DNA from: Saccostrea cucullata | Taxonomy: Eukaryota | NCBI RefSeq assembly: GCF_032062105.1 | Contig: NW_026938616.1 | Coordinates: forward strand, 1-64,000 | Length of the DNA stretch: 64,000 nucleotides | Direction of reading: 5' to 3' | Shown here: positions 38,101 to 49,393 of the stretch, in pieces | How positions within the stretch are numbered: the stretch's first letter is position 1 | How the letters are laid out: each line of letters opens with the position of its first letter | Made by a program: the position numbers and the translations under genes | Notes under the pieces: model-generated | Database searches by the model: none | Told to the model about the DNA's origin: nothing | Seen by the model: the letters and a program-made list of their open reading frames with translations, nothing else

Positions 38101-41100
38101 GCCAACCAAAATCTATCAGCATCCGCAACTTCCAGGAGCATGACAGGGTCTGCAATCCAACTCCAATCTCCAATAAAATATTATTCAGTGCTTTGTTTAC
38201 GATGCTTTCATGTATACTTTTTGGTCCTTCAATACTTCAATACTTTCAGAGACAGTATAACCAAAAAATAAAAACAAAAAGAACCCCCCACTTTTTAAGC
38301 CTGATGGTTTTAAAGTACTTGGGTAAATGATCTGTGTCTTTGTGGAGATGAACTTTCTCTCTGTGCTTAGAGATGCAAGAAATATTTCCTATGATATATC
38401 CTGAACTTGTTTTATCTTGAACAGCAATTCTCTTATATTTCTACTGGGATATTTTTAGATATAGGTTCTTGGAAAGGAAAACATGTAGCATGTGTTGACG
38501 GATGACCATTTGAAAGTGTTTTCCGCAAAACAAAACCAACCATGCAATGAGATGCACAGGCTATAGGCTTCCTGAATGCAGCAGTTGTTTGGCATTCATT
38601 ACATGTGTTAAAGTATTCTGGAGTGTCTATGTTGTAGTGTAAACATTCAAAGAAACATTTTTGTTGTCTTGTATATAAATAAAGACATGTTTTCTCTTTT
38701 GTGCTCAATAAAGGAGTGGGAATTGCAGATGTTCTATAGCAGTCTGAGTGGGGCAAGTCAGAAAGTCAGATGAAAAAACAAAGGGAGAAAGATGAGAATT
38801 AAACTGAAACTGTCAAATCCACACAGCTACAATCAAGGGAGCAGAAGAAGCTATTCCTGAAACAGTTAAATTCTATTCACCAAGCTTAATTTACAGTAAC
38901 CTAGCTAATAAATCCATTCAATTTAAATCTTTCCTTTTCTCACAAATTTAAGGGAAATATTGAAGAATTATGCAGCACTGCAATTACAACACTTTCTTTG
39001 ACTCGCCATTAAAAGTTAGCACTTGTTCTGAACTATCACCTCTGATATGACTAAAAATAAACTTCTCTTAATTTTATTTTTATAAGAGTTTACTGTCATT
39101 AGAGATCATGGAAACTGTTTAAAATTGCAGGTATTCAACTTTCAAAGATCACCTGCATTATAACAGAAAACAGAGTAAGAAGGAGACATAGAACAACAAA
39201 TTGTGGGGGACTTCCCAAGAAGAAGCCCTTCTGGTCCGTCCATTTGTTGTACTGAGGTATTTTGTACATTAGTTGCTGGCAAACGAATCAAGGAATGCAT
39301 TGCTGAAAACAGGGGCCACTTATTCAAAACCTGAGTCAAGTTTATTTTCTTTGCATTGTAATGTAATCAAGGAATTTCCTTTGCCTAAAGAGACATGGAT
39401 AGAATCCAACCAGCTGTTGCCTTACAAAAGGGGGGGGGGGGATAACAAAATGTAATCACTAACTACCAAAGTCAGTCACATGAAGAGGAACCAAGATTTG
39501 TTATTTATAAAATTTTTCCCACAAATCTGCCAACTATTCAATAATAATATATCTTTATTGACTCTTCTACTTCTCAAGTCTAGAGCCTGATTCTCACCCT
39601 GCATTAATAATAGGTACTTTAATCCTTTCAAATGCTATCGGTCAACAGTTCTACCATCAATAATGCTAAATTCAAAGTCAATTTTCAATAACATAATTTC
39701 ATTATCTATTGATATGAAAAAATTGGCTTAACATTCCAGCATCTAATCCCCCCTCATCATTTGGCCACAAAATAATTCTGATGAATTGTATGAATTGACT
39801 GCTTCAGAACCTTGACTAATTTCCTAATGTAAGTGAAGCAGAATTTTCATTACTTTCCATCACCAATGTTTACCCCTCCAATAGCCCAAGCAGAAAAGCC
39901 AGACATCATTGTTAGTTTAAGTTAAAATGAAAATTGGAAATACAGATGTTGAAAATTTATCTTAAGGTAGAGTGGAGGTGCAGTGATTGACACTGCTAGA
40001 CCTCTCTAACTGGATCAGCTTACTTTGATGTGTTGGACATGGAGATGTTTAAACATTATAGATGCATCATTTCCTTCCCTCTTGCAGGTTCTCACCTTAT
40101 TAATTTTTTCATCAGGGAGGCTTAAACGTTTGATAGGCATGCTTCATTTGAGACTATCGTTTGAATTTTACCATTATATTCAGTCTTGGGCTTAGAAGAG
40201 CAGCACTTCAAACACTTCCCTACAACAGCCCCACGCTCCCTGTGAGTCACGGGTAAGCAGCATTCTGGGAACGAAGAAATCCTTCGTACATGTCAGGGAT
40301 TAATTCAGTATTTTTAAGTCAACACTTTCTTAGCAGATAGACAAACAATTTGCCAAAAAAAAAAGTTTCATGAAAATAAAGATGACGTGGAAAACCTTAT
40401 ACAAATAAACGTCAAGAGGTTAACAAGTTTAGAGCTGCATGATCAACATGTTAACAGCAAATGTCGGAATTTTCTTCAAGAAGATCATGCTGATGATTTG
40501 CTGAGTGATAGCATTTGACATTTTCAGAGGTTGGGTAATTTGTGTAATTGCACAATTGTTGCAAGAAGTCAGCATAGCCCGTAGGTATGAATTTGTATGT
40601 ACATCCAGAAATTTTGATGATTTTAAAGCATCAACTTTCTTCGTCAAACACTTGGGCTCTATGTCAGGTTTAGAGTTTTTTGATTGAGCTCTTGTGTTTT
40701 TGCATCATTCATTTACTATATACACTGCATCATATTCCTATAAACAAATAGTGAATGACAGAAGCTACCAACTTAATGAACACTGAAAACCCTCCAATGT
40801 ACCTGACGTAATTATGATGACTTGCGTGGGGAATAAAAACAGACAAGAAGGAGCATATCGGGATTAAGAAAATTTGAAAATTAAACTGGGCTCAATAAAT
40901 CACTGAGTTTAAGCTAAATACATCAAAAATTTCTCCAAAAAATCATAAATTGAAATTTTTCAAATTTTTCCCCTTCCTCCTTATAGTAAAAGTTTGGTAA
41001 TAAAATATATTTATGTACCAGGGGGTATACATGTATGTGTATATATATATTTCATTTAACAGGGTACTGACTGACTTTATTCATAATATGTATGACATCA

Positions 41101-42271
41101 CTTTATGTAAAACAAATCCATTTTTTCCTATCTGAATCTTTTCTTTAATATGCACCAGAAATCATTTTTACAGTGTTTGGGTTATCTCTCCAGTCTGATG
41201 CTGTTTCTGCATGCAGTGGACGCTTGTCAAAATACAAGTAATTTTAACAGCTGGAATAATGGTGGGATGGCAAGGTGTTAAAACATCATTCTCCAAACAA
41301 TCCACTGTCATATAAAAACAGACTACTGCAGTGATTAATATTTTGAAAATAAACTGTAGTAACATGTAGAAAAAAATATTTGGCTCTAATTGCATTTTAG
41401 TTGGCATATTTTTGAGGGCAGTACCTTAGCATTTCTCTGGCTATGTAGAAAATCATATTTGCTAGGCATCTTGAATTCAGCATAAGCTCCAGTCTTAGCA
41501 ATAAGCTATTTAGGACTAACAAAATTCCTTCTTTTCTTTTGTAAGGAAATAAATAAGTATTCAATAGGTTCTCAAGAGCATACATTTGCTCTGCCCCCTG
41601 GCTCTCCCCTCCCCCCCAGCCTGCCAAGGACTTTAGTGCTACCCACTCCTAACATCTGTGTCTGTAAAAAAATTAGTGGAAATTAACACTGGATTCAAAT
41701 ACTGTTCAGTTAAGTACCCCACGGTATCACTGACTTCTTTAATATAAGGATACTTTTGAAGAGTTTTTGCTTGATCAAATGTTTAGTTTTAAAATATGAT
41801 TACCTCATTTGTTTAAGGAACATGTAAATAAAGCCTTATCAATTTTTTTTCTAACAGAATATAGTTTCTTTTGATCTTGTCAGATGCGGTATATTCAAAA
41901 TTTTGAAAAATAAAGTGGAATTCAAACCTGATCCTCTACTGACGTCATTGACACTATATTACACATAACATACTGAGTGATTTCATCCAAATGTGGCTTG
42001 ATTTCAAATCGACTCTGGATGTTGGAGATTTTGAATTGGGGCACAGGGTCCTTTTTTTTTTATTAAACCAAACCTGCATGCAACACTATAAGCCTCTAAA
42101 CTGAAATATATTGTGGTCCAGTGTACTGTTCTAACCTGAAAGTGTTGTGGTACCAGTCAAACAGCAGCTCTGGGTTTCCAGTGATCTGACATTTCAGCAG
42201 AACCTCTGAATTCAGCACCAACTCCTTTGGCTTTGGTCGCTTCAGTTCCACAGTGGCAGTTTTGTCGATCC
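13529..42271 (-). CDS. PTK7: Inactive tyrosine-protein kinase 7 / off-track-like receptor, 5'-partial gene model (15 coding exons, 2951 nt; Ig2-Ig7, TM, pseudokinase)
   Basis: Manually spliced exons with GT-AG boundaries and matching phases. Six I-set Ig domains, TM TIIIVVCSAGAYLALVVALTAYC, and a kinase with HKDLAARN, DFG replaced by SLS, LPLRWTAPE and EYSTKSDVWAYGV. These features are typical of the PTK7/Otk family. Confidence 0.93.
14373..14605 (-). CDS. PTK7: PTK7 kinase N-lobe exon (G)NGVYGDVFLAKACEIRDIEPETLVVVKSL...HFMILEYCDW
   Basis: Kinase subdomains I-V; phase 1/0; gtaaga donor. Confidence 0.95.
14986..16040. mobile_element. HINE with six 146-bp monomers
   Basis: AACTAG end, short palindrome TGTCCAAACGGGACA, sub-TIR ATACCCCC / GGGGGTAT; monomers at 15069, 15215, 15361, 15507, 15653 and 15799; GACA/GGAC microsatellite; terminal hairpin. 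Confidence 0.9.
16052..16279 (-). CDS. PTK7: PTK7 juxtamembrane exon KTENGHISTEQHELLVKERDSES...SRRGSLDRLVYPRQKLSSFGML
   Basis: Long pyrimidine tract ending acag; gtgaat donor; phase 1/1; leads in frame into the Gly-rich loop. Confidence 0.88.
   Translation of the reverse strand, partial: PRQKMATSQRSSMNYWSKSETASQETSVVAIVTIDRMPQDSVLTPPNPHPPTLGHGGGVWIGWSTQDRNCPHLAC
17346..18760. mobile_element. HINE family B copy 2 (complete, nested in copy 1)
   Basis: Same 5' sequence as 16411; four 147-148-bp monomers; (AAT)n run and hairpin ATGTTCCCCAACTTCGTTTGGGGAACAT. Confidence 0.88.
18761..20652. mobile_element. HINE family C element (about 1.9 kb, nested)
   Basis: AACTAG end, palindrome CTCGTTGCGAGCAACGAG, sub-TIR AGGTCTTCCGT / ACGGAAGACCT, (AAT)n run, terminal hairpin GGTCTTCCGTGAAGACGGAAGACC. 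Confidence 0.88.
20833..21003 (-). CDS. PTK7: PTK7 transmembrane exon SIEYTIGKSNDDGGSDMMKTIIIVVCSAGAYLALVVALTAYCSYRLLMQRRNRKAT
   Basis: Hydrophobic helix followed by a basic stop-transfer segment; phase 1/1; gtaagt donor. Confidence 0.92.
21225..21345 (-). CDS. PTK7: PTK7 exon, Ig7 second half LFPNGTLFFSKVYMEDQGRYGCKASNVAGKVRIEAFLTVS
   Basis: tttttgcag acceptor, gtaaat donor; phase 0/1; NGTL and DQGRYGC motifs. Confidence 0.92.
21570..21718 (-). CDS. PTK7: PTK7 exon, Ig7 first half RPRFQVRPKNMTIYEGHPAMMHCVAIGDPKPEIHWDKNYFQDIDSKRIT
   Basis: Phase 1/0; HC..GDPKP..W motif. Confidence 0.93.
21827..22093 (-). CDS. PTK7: PTK7 exon, entire Ig6 (KLKFHPPPKD...DEGLYTCTAYNDKQGTINTTVFIDVV)
   Basis: Phase 1/1; complete I-set domain; gtaagt donor. 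Confidence 0.93.
22468..22615 (-). CDS. PTK7: PTK7 exon, Ig5 second half GSTRHIIDLKQGTLTIKQTVMADAGTYKCVANTTGQSLVESQGAYLHVK
   Basis: Phase 0/1; GTLTI and DAGTYKC motifs; aag acceptor, gtaggt donor. Confidence 0.9.
23188..23327 (-). CDS. PTK7: PTK7 exon, Ig5 first half PPTIRRPPLNMAVEEDSSAMLSCQVSGTPYPVTTVIWEKDGNLIRM
   Basis: Phase 1/0; C...W.KDG Ig motif; gtcagt donor. Confidence 0.92.
24377..24543 (-). CDS. PTK7: PTK7 exon, Ig4 second half WRDRSDLIIGTSGNIHVNETELIFERPQEMDSGNYTAIIKNIAGRNQQKVWIIVS
   Basis: ttgtag acceptor, gtaatt donor; phase 2/1; DSGNYT and NIAG motifs. Confidence 0.9.
27160..27289 (-). CDS. PTK7: PTK7 exon, Ig4 first half LEEFKMDSFEPRLIPNFPVVIPMHTRFVVKVFPPGGRPKPTL
   Basis: ttttacag acceptor, gtaagt donor; phase 1/2; FEPR and PPxGxPxP motifs as in PTK7 Ig4. 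Confidence 0.88.
30980..31530. repeat. Degenerate, rearranged copy of the 146-bp-monomer HINE family
   Basis: GTGAAATGAGAACCTACCAAGTTTATCCA and GGGTCAAGGTCATGACACACCCTTGGGTCAT are identical to motifs in the 15069-15944 monomers. Confidence 0.8.
33460..33596 (-). CDS. PTK7: PTK7 exon, Ig3 second half YQVFENGSLYFPRVRSSDEGIYRCEGLGDNRRIPSQTFASELFIA
   Basis: ctttcag acceptor, gtaagt donor; phase 2/1; NGSL and DEGIYRC motifs; not in the ORF track. Confidence 0.92.
34997..35144 (-). CDS. PTK7: PTK7 exon, Ig3 first half PGTPHLIESEFTRSLTVLRNDPARLDCPFKNATRVDWFSLHEKISNSS
   Basis: tttcag acceptor, gtatag donor; phase 1/2; Cys and Trp present. Confidence 0.88.
36566..36720 (-). CDS. PTK7: PTK7 exon, Ig2 second half LFNKNRIKILDKGSKVRITNVTAEDNGIYSCRAENTAGARYSSENFLLNVK
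   Basis: DxGxYxC motif; phase 2/1; within ORF 36510-36782. Confidence 0.92.
42136..42271 (-). CDS. PTK7: PTK7 exon, Ig2 first half (W)IDKTATVELKRPKPKELVLNSEVLLKCQITGNPELLFDWYHNTF(R)
   Basis: tttttag acceptor, gttaga donor, phase 1 in / 2 out; Ig Cys and Trp present; missed by the ORF track. Confidence 0.9.
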
Positions 42272-45200
42272 CTAAAAAGAAGAATATAAAATAGTGATTT
42301 TACATTTTAATTCATTTCAATTTTTATTTAAGCAATTGTTTCATTTTGTTGGTGTGAAATGAGAACAATGCCAAGTTTTATACTTTGTAACTGTAATATC
42401 TTGATATTTATAACTGTATCTGCATGGGGGAAGCAATACAAAACTTTGTCAGCTGAATGGCAATAATTTGTCTAATGTCACACAAAATTCTAACTTCCTA
42501 TCATCCCCAGCAATCAGTCAGTGGCAGTAATATCTGCTGCTTTCAATACAGAAAGCAATATGAAATTTAGAAACATGACTTCACTTTTTTAATCCATGCC
42601 TATAGAACGGTTGTTAAAAAATTCATAAGAAAAAAATCTAAAATTTGTTTTAAAATCAACAAAATTCAAATACTCTTGTTAGAAAGGCGAGATGCAATTC
42701 ATATTGCACTGGATGGAACCCCAAGAGATCTTGGCTATATTGCACCGAGTGCATCATTCATTACAATTTGAATTTCACTAATTGGAGGTTGTTGATCTTG
42801 ACGACAGGTGAGCATGCCTGCAGTCAGATCCTAAGTACACAGGAATGCTGTAATTGGGGGATTTCATAAAGTGCTGCCCTAAGAGCTCTCACTGCCCCAC
42901 TCATCATAAATATTATTTGTTCTACATTGCTATTTTCAGCATCCTCAGTGACACGAAAGGAAATGCTGGAGGCATCCGAAGCACTGCTACACCACCAGAG
43001 GGAGCCTGTACTATAGAGAAAAGACATAACCAAGTACGGCAGCAAACACAAGACGAGTCTCCAGAAGGGAAAACTTCACTGAGAATATCTCTTTTGTATG
43101 TACCAGATGAGGCAGTAAGAACTTCATTAAATGATTGTTTTTCTGCATAATATGCATAATTCCTTTCAGCTCTATGAATGACTTATCTAAGTTTTGAAAG
43201 ATGTCTCCTGTCTTAAAAATTCATTTTTTGGGGGGGTAGCATGATTTTTTAATTCCCTTTCTTAGGTATTTGTGTGCATAAAAGATACATTGATACCGGG
43301 ATCTCCTTAATAACCCTGCATAATACCATTTTACATTTTTTGGTCACCTTGGACCATAATATCAATAAATTATTTGTTTTTGCTCACATAACAGCTCTCA
43401 TAATCAGAACACAATTCCTAATTAAAGAGTTCTTGAGATAACTTATTTCAACACTTGACAGCACTTCGACCTTACTACCAAAGTTTAAAAAGTCAAAGAA
43501 TAGTTTGTGCAGAGGGTTGTTGCTAAGTTTTTAGTCCCCCTGTGTTATCGGCTTCCATTAACATTTTTGATGGCACACTGCAAACATTCAGGTGTAAGAA
43601 CCTGTACCGATTGCTGTGCAATTTTGACACAAACCTCACGAGCAAGACTTCCCAATCACAAACATACCCTTGAAAACTATTACCAAAGCATGGAAATTCT
43701 ACAACTGTGAAGAAAAGTGGACAAAAGCACACCTAGAGAACTATTTATTTTTGAGAAATGTGGTTGTTTTAAGTGACAAGGGCACAAACAGACATTTAAA
43801 ATGTTGGGGATTCTCACAGTCCAATATGACAAATCAAAACAAGAGAGTCACATGACCAGTCAAAAAATGCATGACCACTTGATCCAATACGAGGGGAGAG
43901 AAAAAGATATTTCAACAATCAGAATCCAAAAATATGCATTTAGTAAAAAAAAAAAAAGAGAAAAAAAAAAATGCATCCAAAGGGGAAAAAACATCTAGAT
44001 GTGAAAGATGTGTTCTTTCATAACAGAGTTGAAGGTATTGGATTACCGTAGATATATATATTTACAATTTAAAGTCAATATCGAACTTTGAAGGAAAAAA
44101 TGGCTATAAAAGGGATATTAGGTCTCAAACATGTCCCTAAGGTTTCCGCTGGGAAGTTACTATTCTTATATCAAAGGAAATTAAAGTCTCAGTAGAGCTT
44201 GCAGAATATGGTAATTATCGGATGGTTCACATGTCCATAGAAGATCGGCACGTCTAATAAATCTGCTCCTCAGACAAGCACAAAAACAATAATCATCATA
44301 AAAATGTATTATGAGAGATGATATTTCCTGGACTAATAATGCTGAGCATTATATCAATCGCAGTCATCACCGCAGCCCACTGGTAGCCATTCTGTAGTCA
44401 AAATCACCAGAGACCTGTTTGAAATAATTACCTATGGAATTTAATGCAATGGCTTATAATTTGAAAACATGCTGAAGAAAATTCTGTTTTTCTGAATCAT
44501 TCAGAACTACACACTGATTCTGTACTTAATATTTAATGGTGATGAATGATACAGAGCAACTTGACATCTCCATAAGGCAAAGTGTTGTTAGAATTTTAAA
44601 ATTCAATGCAATATTTCACAGAATTATGAATTTATCACGGTTGCCCCATTAGCTGTCATATTTTTGTCCTCTGCCATGCTAATGGTCCATTGCTTACCAC
44701 TTCATGTTACCTACATACTACACCTTAAATTAATGTTGACAATAAGGCCCATTATAGGTCACTGTTAAGTGTTCCTGATGGAGGATCATATGCGAGAATT
44801 CTGACACCACTTTTTAAAGTTTTTTAATGAGCAGGAAAATCTCATTTGCATTAATTACAGAACTCATTATACACATACCTTGTTTCACATTTATGAATTA
44901 TGGTGAAGACAACAGAATTAACATTTGCTAATGCATGTGCAGGGAAGATTAATGAAACAAAAAGAGGTGTCATAAACTCTAAATTCTCATGGTGGGCAAT
45001 ATTCTGGTCTTAATCTCCCTGTGGAGTAACAGATAAACAGATGGAGGTTCCACCTTTCTTGTTTGTTCACGGTGACATTTTTGGTTCAGAAGTTGCCCTA
45101 CGTCAGGTTTCAATGCCATGACAACCTTAGCGCTATAGGATGTCCTCGGGACAAGTTCCCCCTCCATTATCTCACCAAATCATGACACAGAGGCTGCTCT

Positions 45201-46052
45201 GCTTAGCTTTTGTTCCTGGCAGGTGCTAGTCTAACAGACAGAAGTCAAATCACTTGACCCCCAGAATGGCATGTTTACTCAGCTACAGCCAAACCTTTTT
45301 ATATCTGCTCCATGGCTATTGCCAAGAATGCATGGAAAAGTGTACTCAAAGTTTGACTACCTTCTATCAAATTGATTTTATAAAAAAAAAAAGTTTGTGT
45401 AAAATGATTTTTCACAGCTGCTTTAGCAATGTTTTAGTTTACTACCCAGGACTAAAGAAATGAGTAACAATTACGGATTTTTTTTTGCATTTCCTGTCCC
45501 CCTGCTAAATCTATTTCTCCAGTCTAATTTACATTGAATGCTTCAAGGGTAAACAACACAACAGGACAAATTTTAACTTGTAGAAGGTCTCTGTGAATTA
45601 AAATAGTAATTAAGGAAATGCTGAACAACATGCACGAATACTTATGTAAATTAATCATTTTCAAAACAACATTTACACTATTTCTGTGAATTGGGAAGTA
45701 AAAACCTTGTAGATGTAGACTTTGAATTCAGGGTGGCAGTGTGGCACTATCAAGTACACTGCTGATGATCAGCAGATTTACTCAGAAGTCATGTTTTTTT
45801 TTTCCTGATATCTAGATACCGAGGCAGAACAACCTGTGACACTTCAGATACAAGCAAAGGTTTTCATTAATAGCTAAATGTTGTACTGGCAGACACATTG
45901 AACTTATCCATCGGCATATCTTATAGAACCTGGGGCAACTAAATTCTCCTTTCAGATTCTGAGTTGAGAATTTTTTTTTTCTGGGCATAGCTATTTCATA
46001 TTCAGAAGAAAATGGGTGTAATGATAGGGTTTGTACAGTAGCTTAGCCTTAC

Positions 46053-46122
46053 AAGACCAGAGACAATAGACAAGGAACAATGTCCTGATGTCCAGGGTGA
46101 TCTCCCTTAACATGGCCCCCAT
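46053..46122 (-). CDS. Candidate alternative first coding exon of PTK7 (MGAMLREITLDIRTLFLVYCLWS)
   Basis: GCCATG Kozak context, upstream in-frame TGA, gtaagg donor in phase 1 leaving the T that completes TGG (Trp) with the 42271 exon; hydrophobic signal-like core. Confidence 0.35.
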
Positions 46123-47788
46123 CCATCATTGGTAACACAAACGGCTCAGTGGACCAGTGTGGGTTATACCGGCCTCCTGTTCACACAAACAACCAACCAC
46201 TCTGTCAACTAAACGTATCCGGTTTCAAGTTAATGCCAATTTATTTTTGTTAAGCATTTGATGTTTATTTATTTCTAATCAAAATATTTACTTTCTCGAG
46301 CCACTGTTCAAGCTTCTGCCTAATTTCAACATTCAAAATTGGCGATAAAAACTTGACTTCTATTTCCTCTGGCTAAAGTTAACTAAACAGGTATCAGAGG
46401 GATAAATTAAAACATATTTAATGAACTTCGTACAGCGAATTAAGCCACAAAAGGATTTTGAACTACTAACTAACCAGACCAAATACAGATAAAAAAAAAT
46501 CTGCTCTGATGAGGAGGAAATGTCAAGTATAACAGACCAGGGATAATGGATTAAAGTATAACTATAACTCCATTTTGTCTTGTTTTCCATCAGCTACTTT
46601 GGTTTAGTAGACAGACATTTACAAGTGTTTAATGGAGATAAATATTTGACAATGCTGAAAAATACAGCAAAATCTAATAACAAATGAGACAAAATGAGAT
46701 ACAAGTAATATCCATGATGCTACTCATCTGAAGAAGTTGGAACAATTTGGTTATGAAGTATGGACTTATAGTGATTTCAATGGTGCTTTTTATTTAGAAA
46801 CAGCACTGGCCACAACCTGTCAGATTCTCAAAGACGCAAAAAGCTATAATTGATTTTTCTACAAGTAGTTGTCTTTATTTACAAAGTGCATGCATTATTG
46901 CAGAATCACATTTGCATCCACTGCTTTAATTAAGGGAAATTATTAAATTTTACAGCTCTTCAGAGATGAGCAGCTCTTAAAAATAAATTCGCCAATTAGA
47001 AACAGGACAAGCATTACTTTGCTCATTTCTCAGTCAGATACCAACTCAAATGTAAGAATTGAACATCTGCCACAGAAATTGAATCTGAACACTACAGTGT
47101 TAACACAAATCATCAATAAACATATCTACGGGGCCATCTTTTGTCTTCATTGATTGACACCAAGCAAATAAATATTAGTTGTCATAAAACAAATAAAAAC
47201 ACATCAGCACTAATATAAAAAAAATTCACCTCCAAAAAAGGGCCAAATTTTTCTTTTCATTATTTCCTGTCAAATAAAATTTAAACCTTTTATTCTTATT
47301 CTATATTTTCAAACCTTCACGATTACTGACTTATAAGGAAATCTTTGTCAAAAATACAGTAGAAGCAAAATTAATTCAAAGACTTGTGGTGTTTCAGTGC
47401 CTTATTGGTTAGGATGCAATTACTGTATACATGGCATATTGTAACTGTCCTGTCTGTGTGTTCTGTCTTGTCTGGCCATCAAATGAACAAGATTTAAATT
47501 TTTGAATTATTTAAAGTTACAGAAAATATTCAAGTTTCTCAAAACTGCATCAAACCTAAAGATGTAAAAATATAACAGACCTTTCTTTCGGCAAATTTGA
47601 AACTCTTGATAATTTAGTTAATTTCTATGTCAAGGACACAAAATCAAGAAAAGTACTTTTTCGGAAAGGCATAGTCTTTTAAATTGAGTACTTAAGGTAA
47701 ATGTTAAGTATAACGTCATGAGGTCAAAACCCATACAATGTAATACTCGGTACATTCAAAAAGTTCTTGAAAGAGGTAAAGCGTTGTC

Positions 47789-48063
47789 AACAAGATGTGC
47801 TAGTAAAAAAAATTGATGCCCCTATATGACAGCTTTTGGCAAAGGTTACAGTTTCTTAAATGCAAATCAAACTCCAATATCAAGGTCAACAGATAATCTT
47901 GTCATAAGGAATGCACATGTGAAGTATGAAAGCCATGACCCCAACCAATCTAAACTTATAGGCAAGGTTAAAGTTTTTGCAGACAAACAGGCAGATGGAC
48001 AGACAGAGCAAAGTTAGGGTATCAGGGATGTCCCTAACAAATGAAAGAGAAAGGGGCATTAAA
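47789..48063. mobile_element. Short degenerate HINE
   Basis: AACAAGATGT start, GATGCCCC / GGGGCAT sub-TIR, CAGACAAACAGGCAGATGGACAGACAG microsatellite. Confidence 0.65.
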
Positions 48064-49169
48064 AAGGTAGAAGGGGATTTGGGGTTCCTCCCCTGATGGG
48101 GCGATTGTAGGAGGAATACCAAAATTACCAGGGGATTACATCATTATAGGCAGGGAAATTCCTTGGTCCCTGGTTCTTATGGACAACACTAGGGTATCCT
48201 CATTATCCCCTCTCCCTAACTCTCTCTGATGAGTAAAACACATCATTTGTCTTCTGTCTAGCAGTTTCATTATCTTTTGCCACAGAACCTTCTGATTTCA
48301 TTTGTGTTTCAAGCTAAATGACACAAACATGACACATTTGAAAATAATTAATACTGCATTATGTTAAAATTTAACTAATTCTAAAGTTAAATAGAATTTG
48401 CATGAAATAACTATTCCTCATAATTCTGCCAGAATAATTTCAAATTAGTATTCTTATTCAACTCTTCTAAATAATATAAAAGTGTGCTGTGGAATTACAT
48501 AATAATTCACGGGGCATCGGATGTTGACTCCCAGTAGTCAGAACAAAATCTCAATTTTTTTCTGAAAGTTCTATAGAAATTGTAGAGAGTACATTGACAT
48601 TACCATGAATATGTCATAGGAGTCAATCAACAACAAAACACTCGGCCTCAACAACCACCAAACTTGGTTTTCAAACCTTGACAATAGCCAATAGCAAATT
48701 ACGGGGGAAATCCAAATTTTAATGATTTCAAAAAAAATTATGACACTTGCTTATATAAAGGAAAATCAATAATGCAACCCCTTCTATCAGCTACATTTAT
48801 GAATAAGTTGAAAAAATTTCCAATAAAATACATTTCACACTGGGTTAAATAATCAATTACTTTCCACAATATTAAATAAACAAGACACAGACTTCTCAGT
48901 GCAGATCTAGGGTCATCAATTCTCTCATGCAAAATTGCATAAAGATTTCTTCTGTGTTTCCTGCACCCACATACAGGCTTTTAAAAGGTGCTTGATATAG
49001 ATTTATAAAGGGTGCACAATACTGAAGAGGTCTATGGTAATAGAGGGACATTTTCTCATAAGAACCAGTCAATTAGTCTGGGCGATTACTGCAAAGAATA
49101 AGACAAATGGAAAACGAGAAAGTAAACCTTGCAAAATATGTAAACATAAAAAATTATCATAATAAATAA

Positions 49170-49393
49170 CCGTATAAGTAGAATTTTTAGCGAGGATTTA
49201 ATTTGGCATTATTAGCGAGGGTGTTGAGATCGCTAAAATTGAATATCGCTAAAAATTAATTTGCATTTTAGCTGTAATAGCTTCTTTAATGAGCATTTTA
49301 AAATTGCTAAAATTATGTCTCGCAAAAAATAAAGTACCGGTTTTAAGGACAAATCGCTAAATTTGTGTCTCGCTAAAATTTCCACTTATACAG
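49170..49393. mobile_element. Tc1/mariner-pogo-type MITE (224 bp)
   Basis: Imperfect 25-bp TIR CCGTATAAGTAGAATTTTTAGCGAG / CTCGCTAAAATTTCCACTTATACAG; TA on the right (left flank is AA); internal CGCTAAAA repeats. Confidence 0.8.

Noticed and set aside
42824-43150. ORFs just upstream of the Ig2 exon as the missing Ig1
   Set aside because: No Ig Cys/Trp/DxGxYxC pattern and no suitable phase-1 donor on the minus strand.
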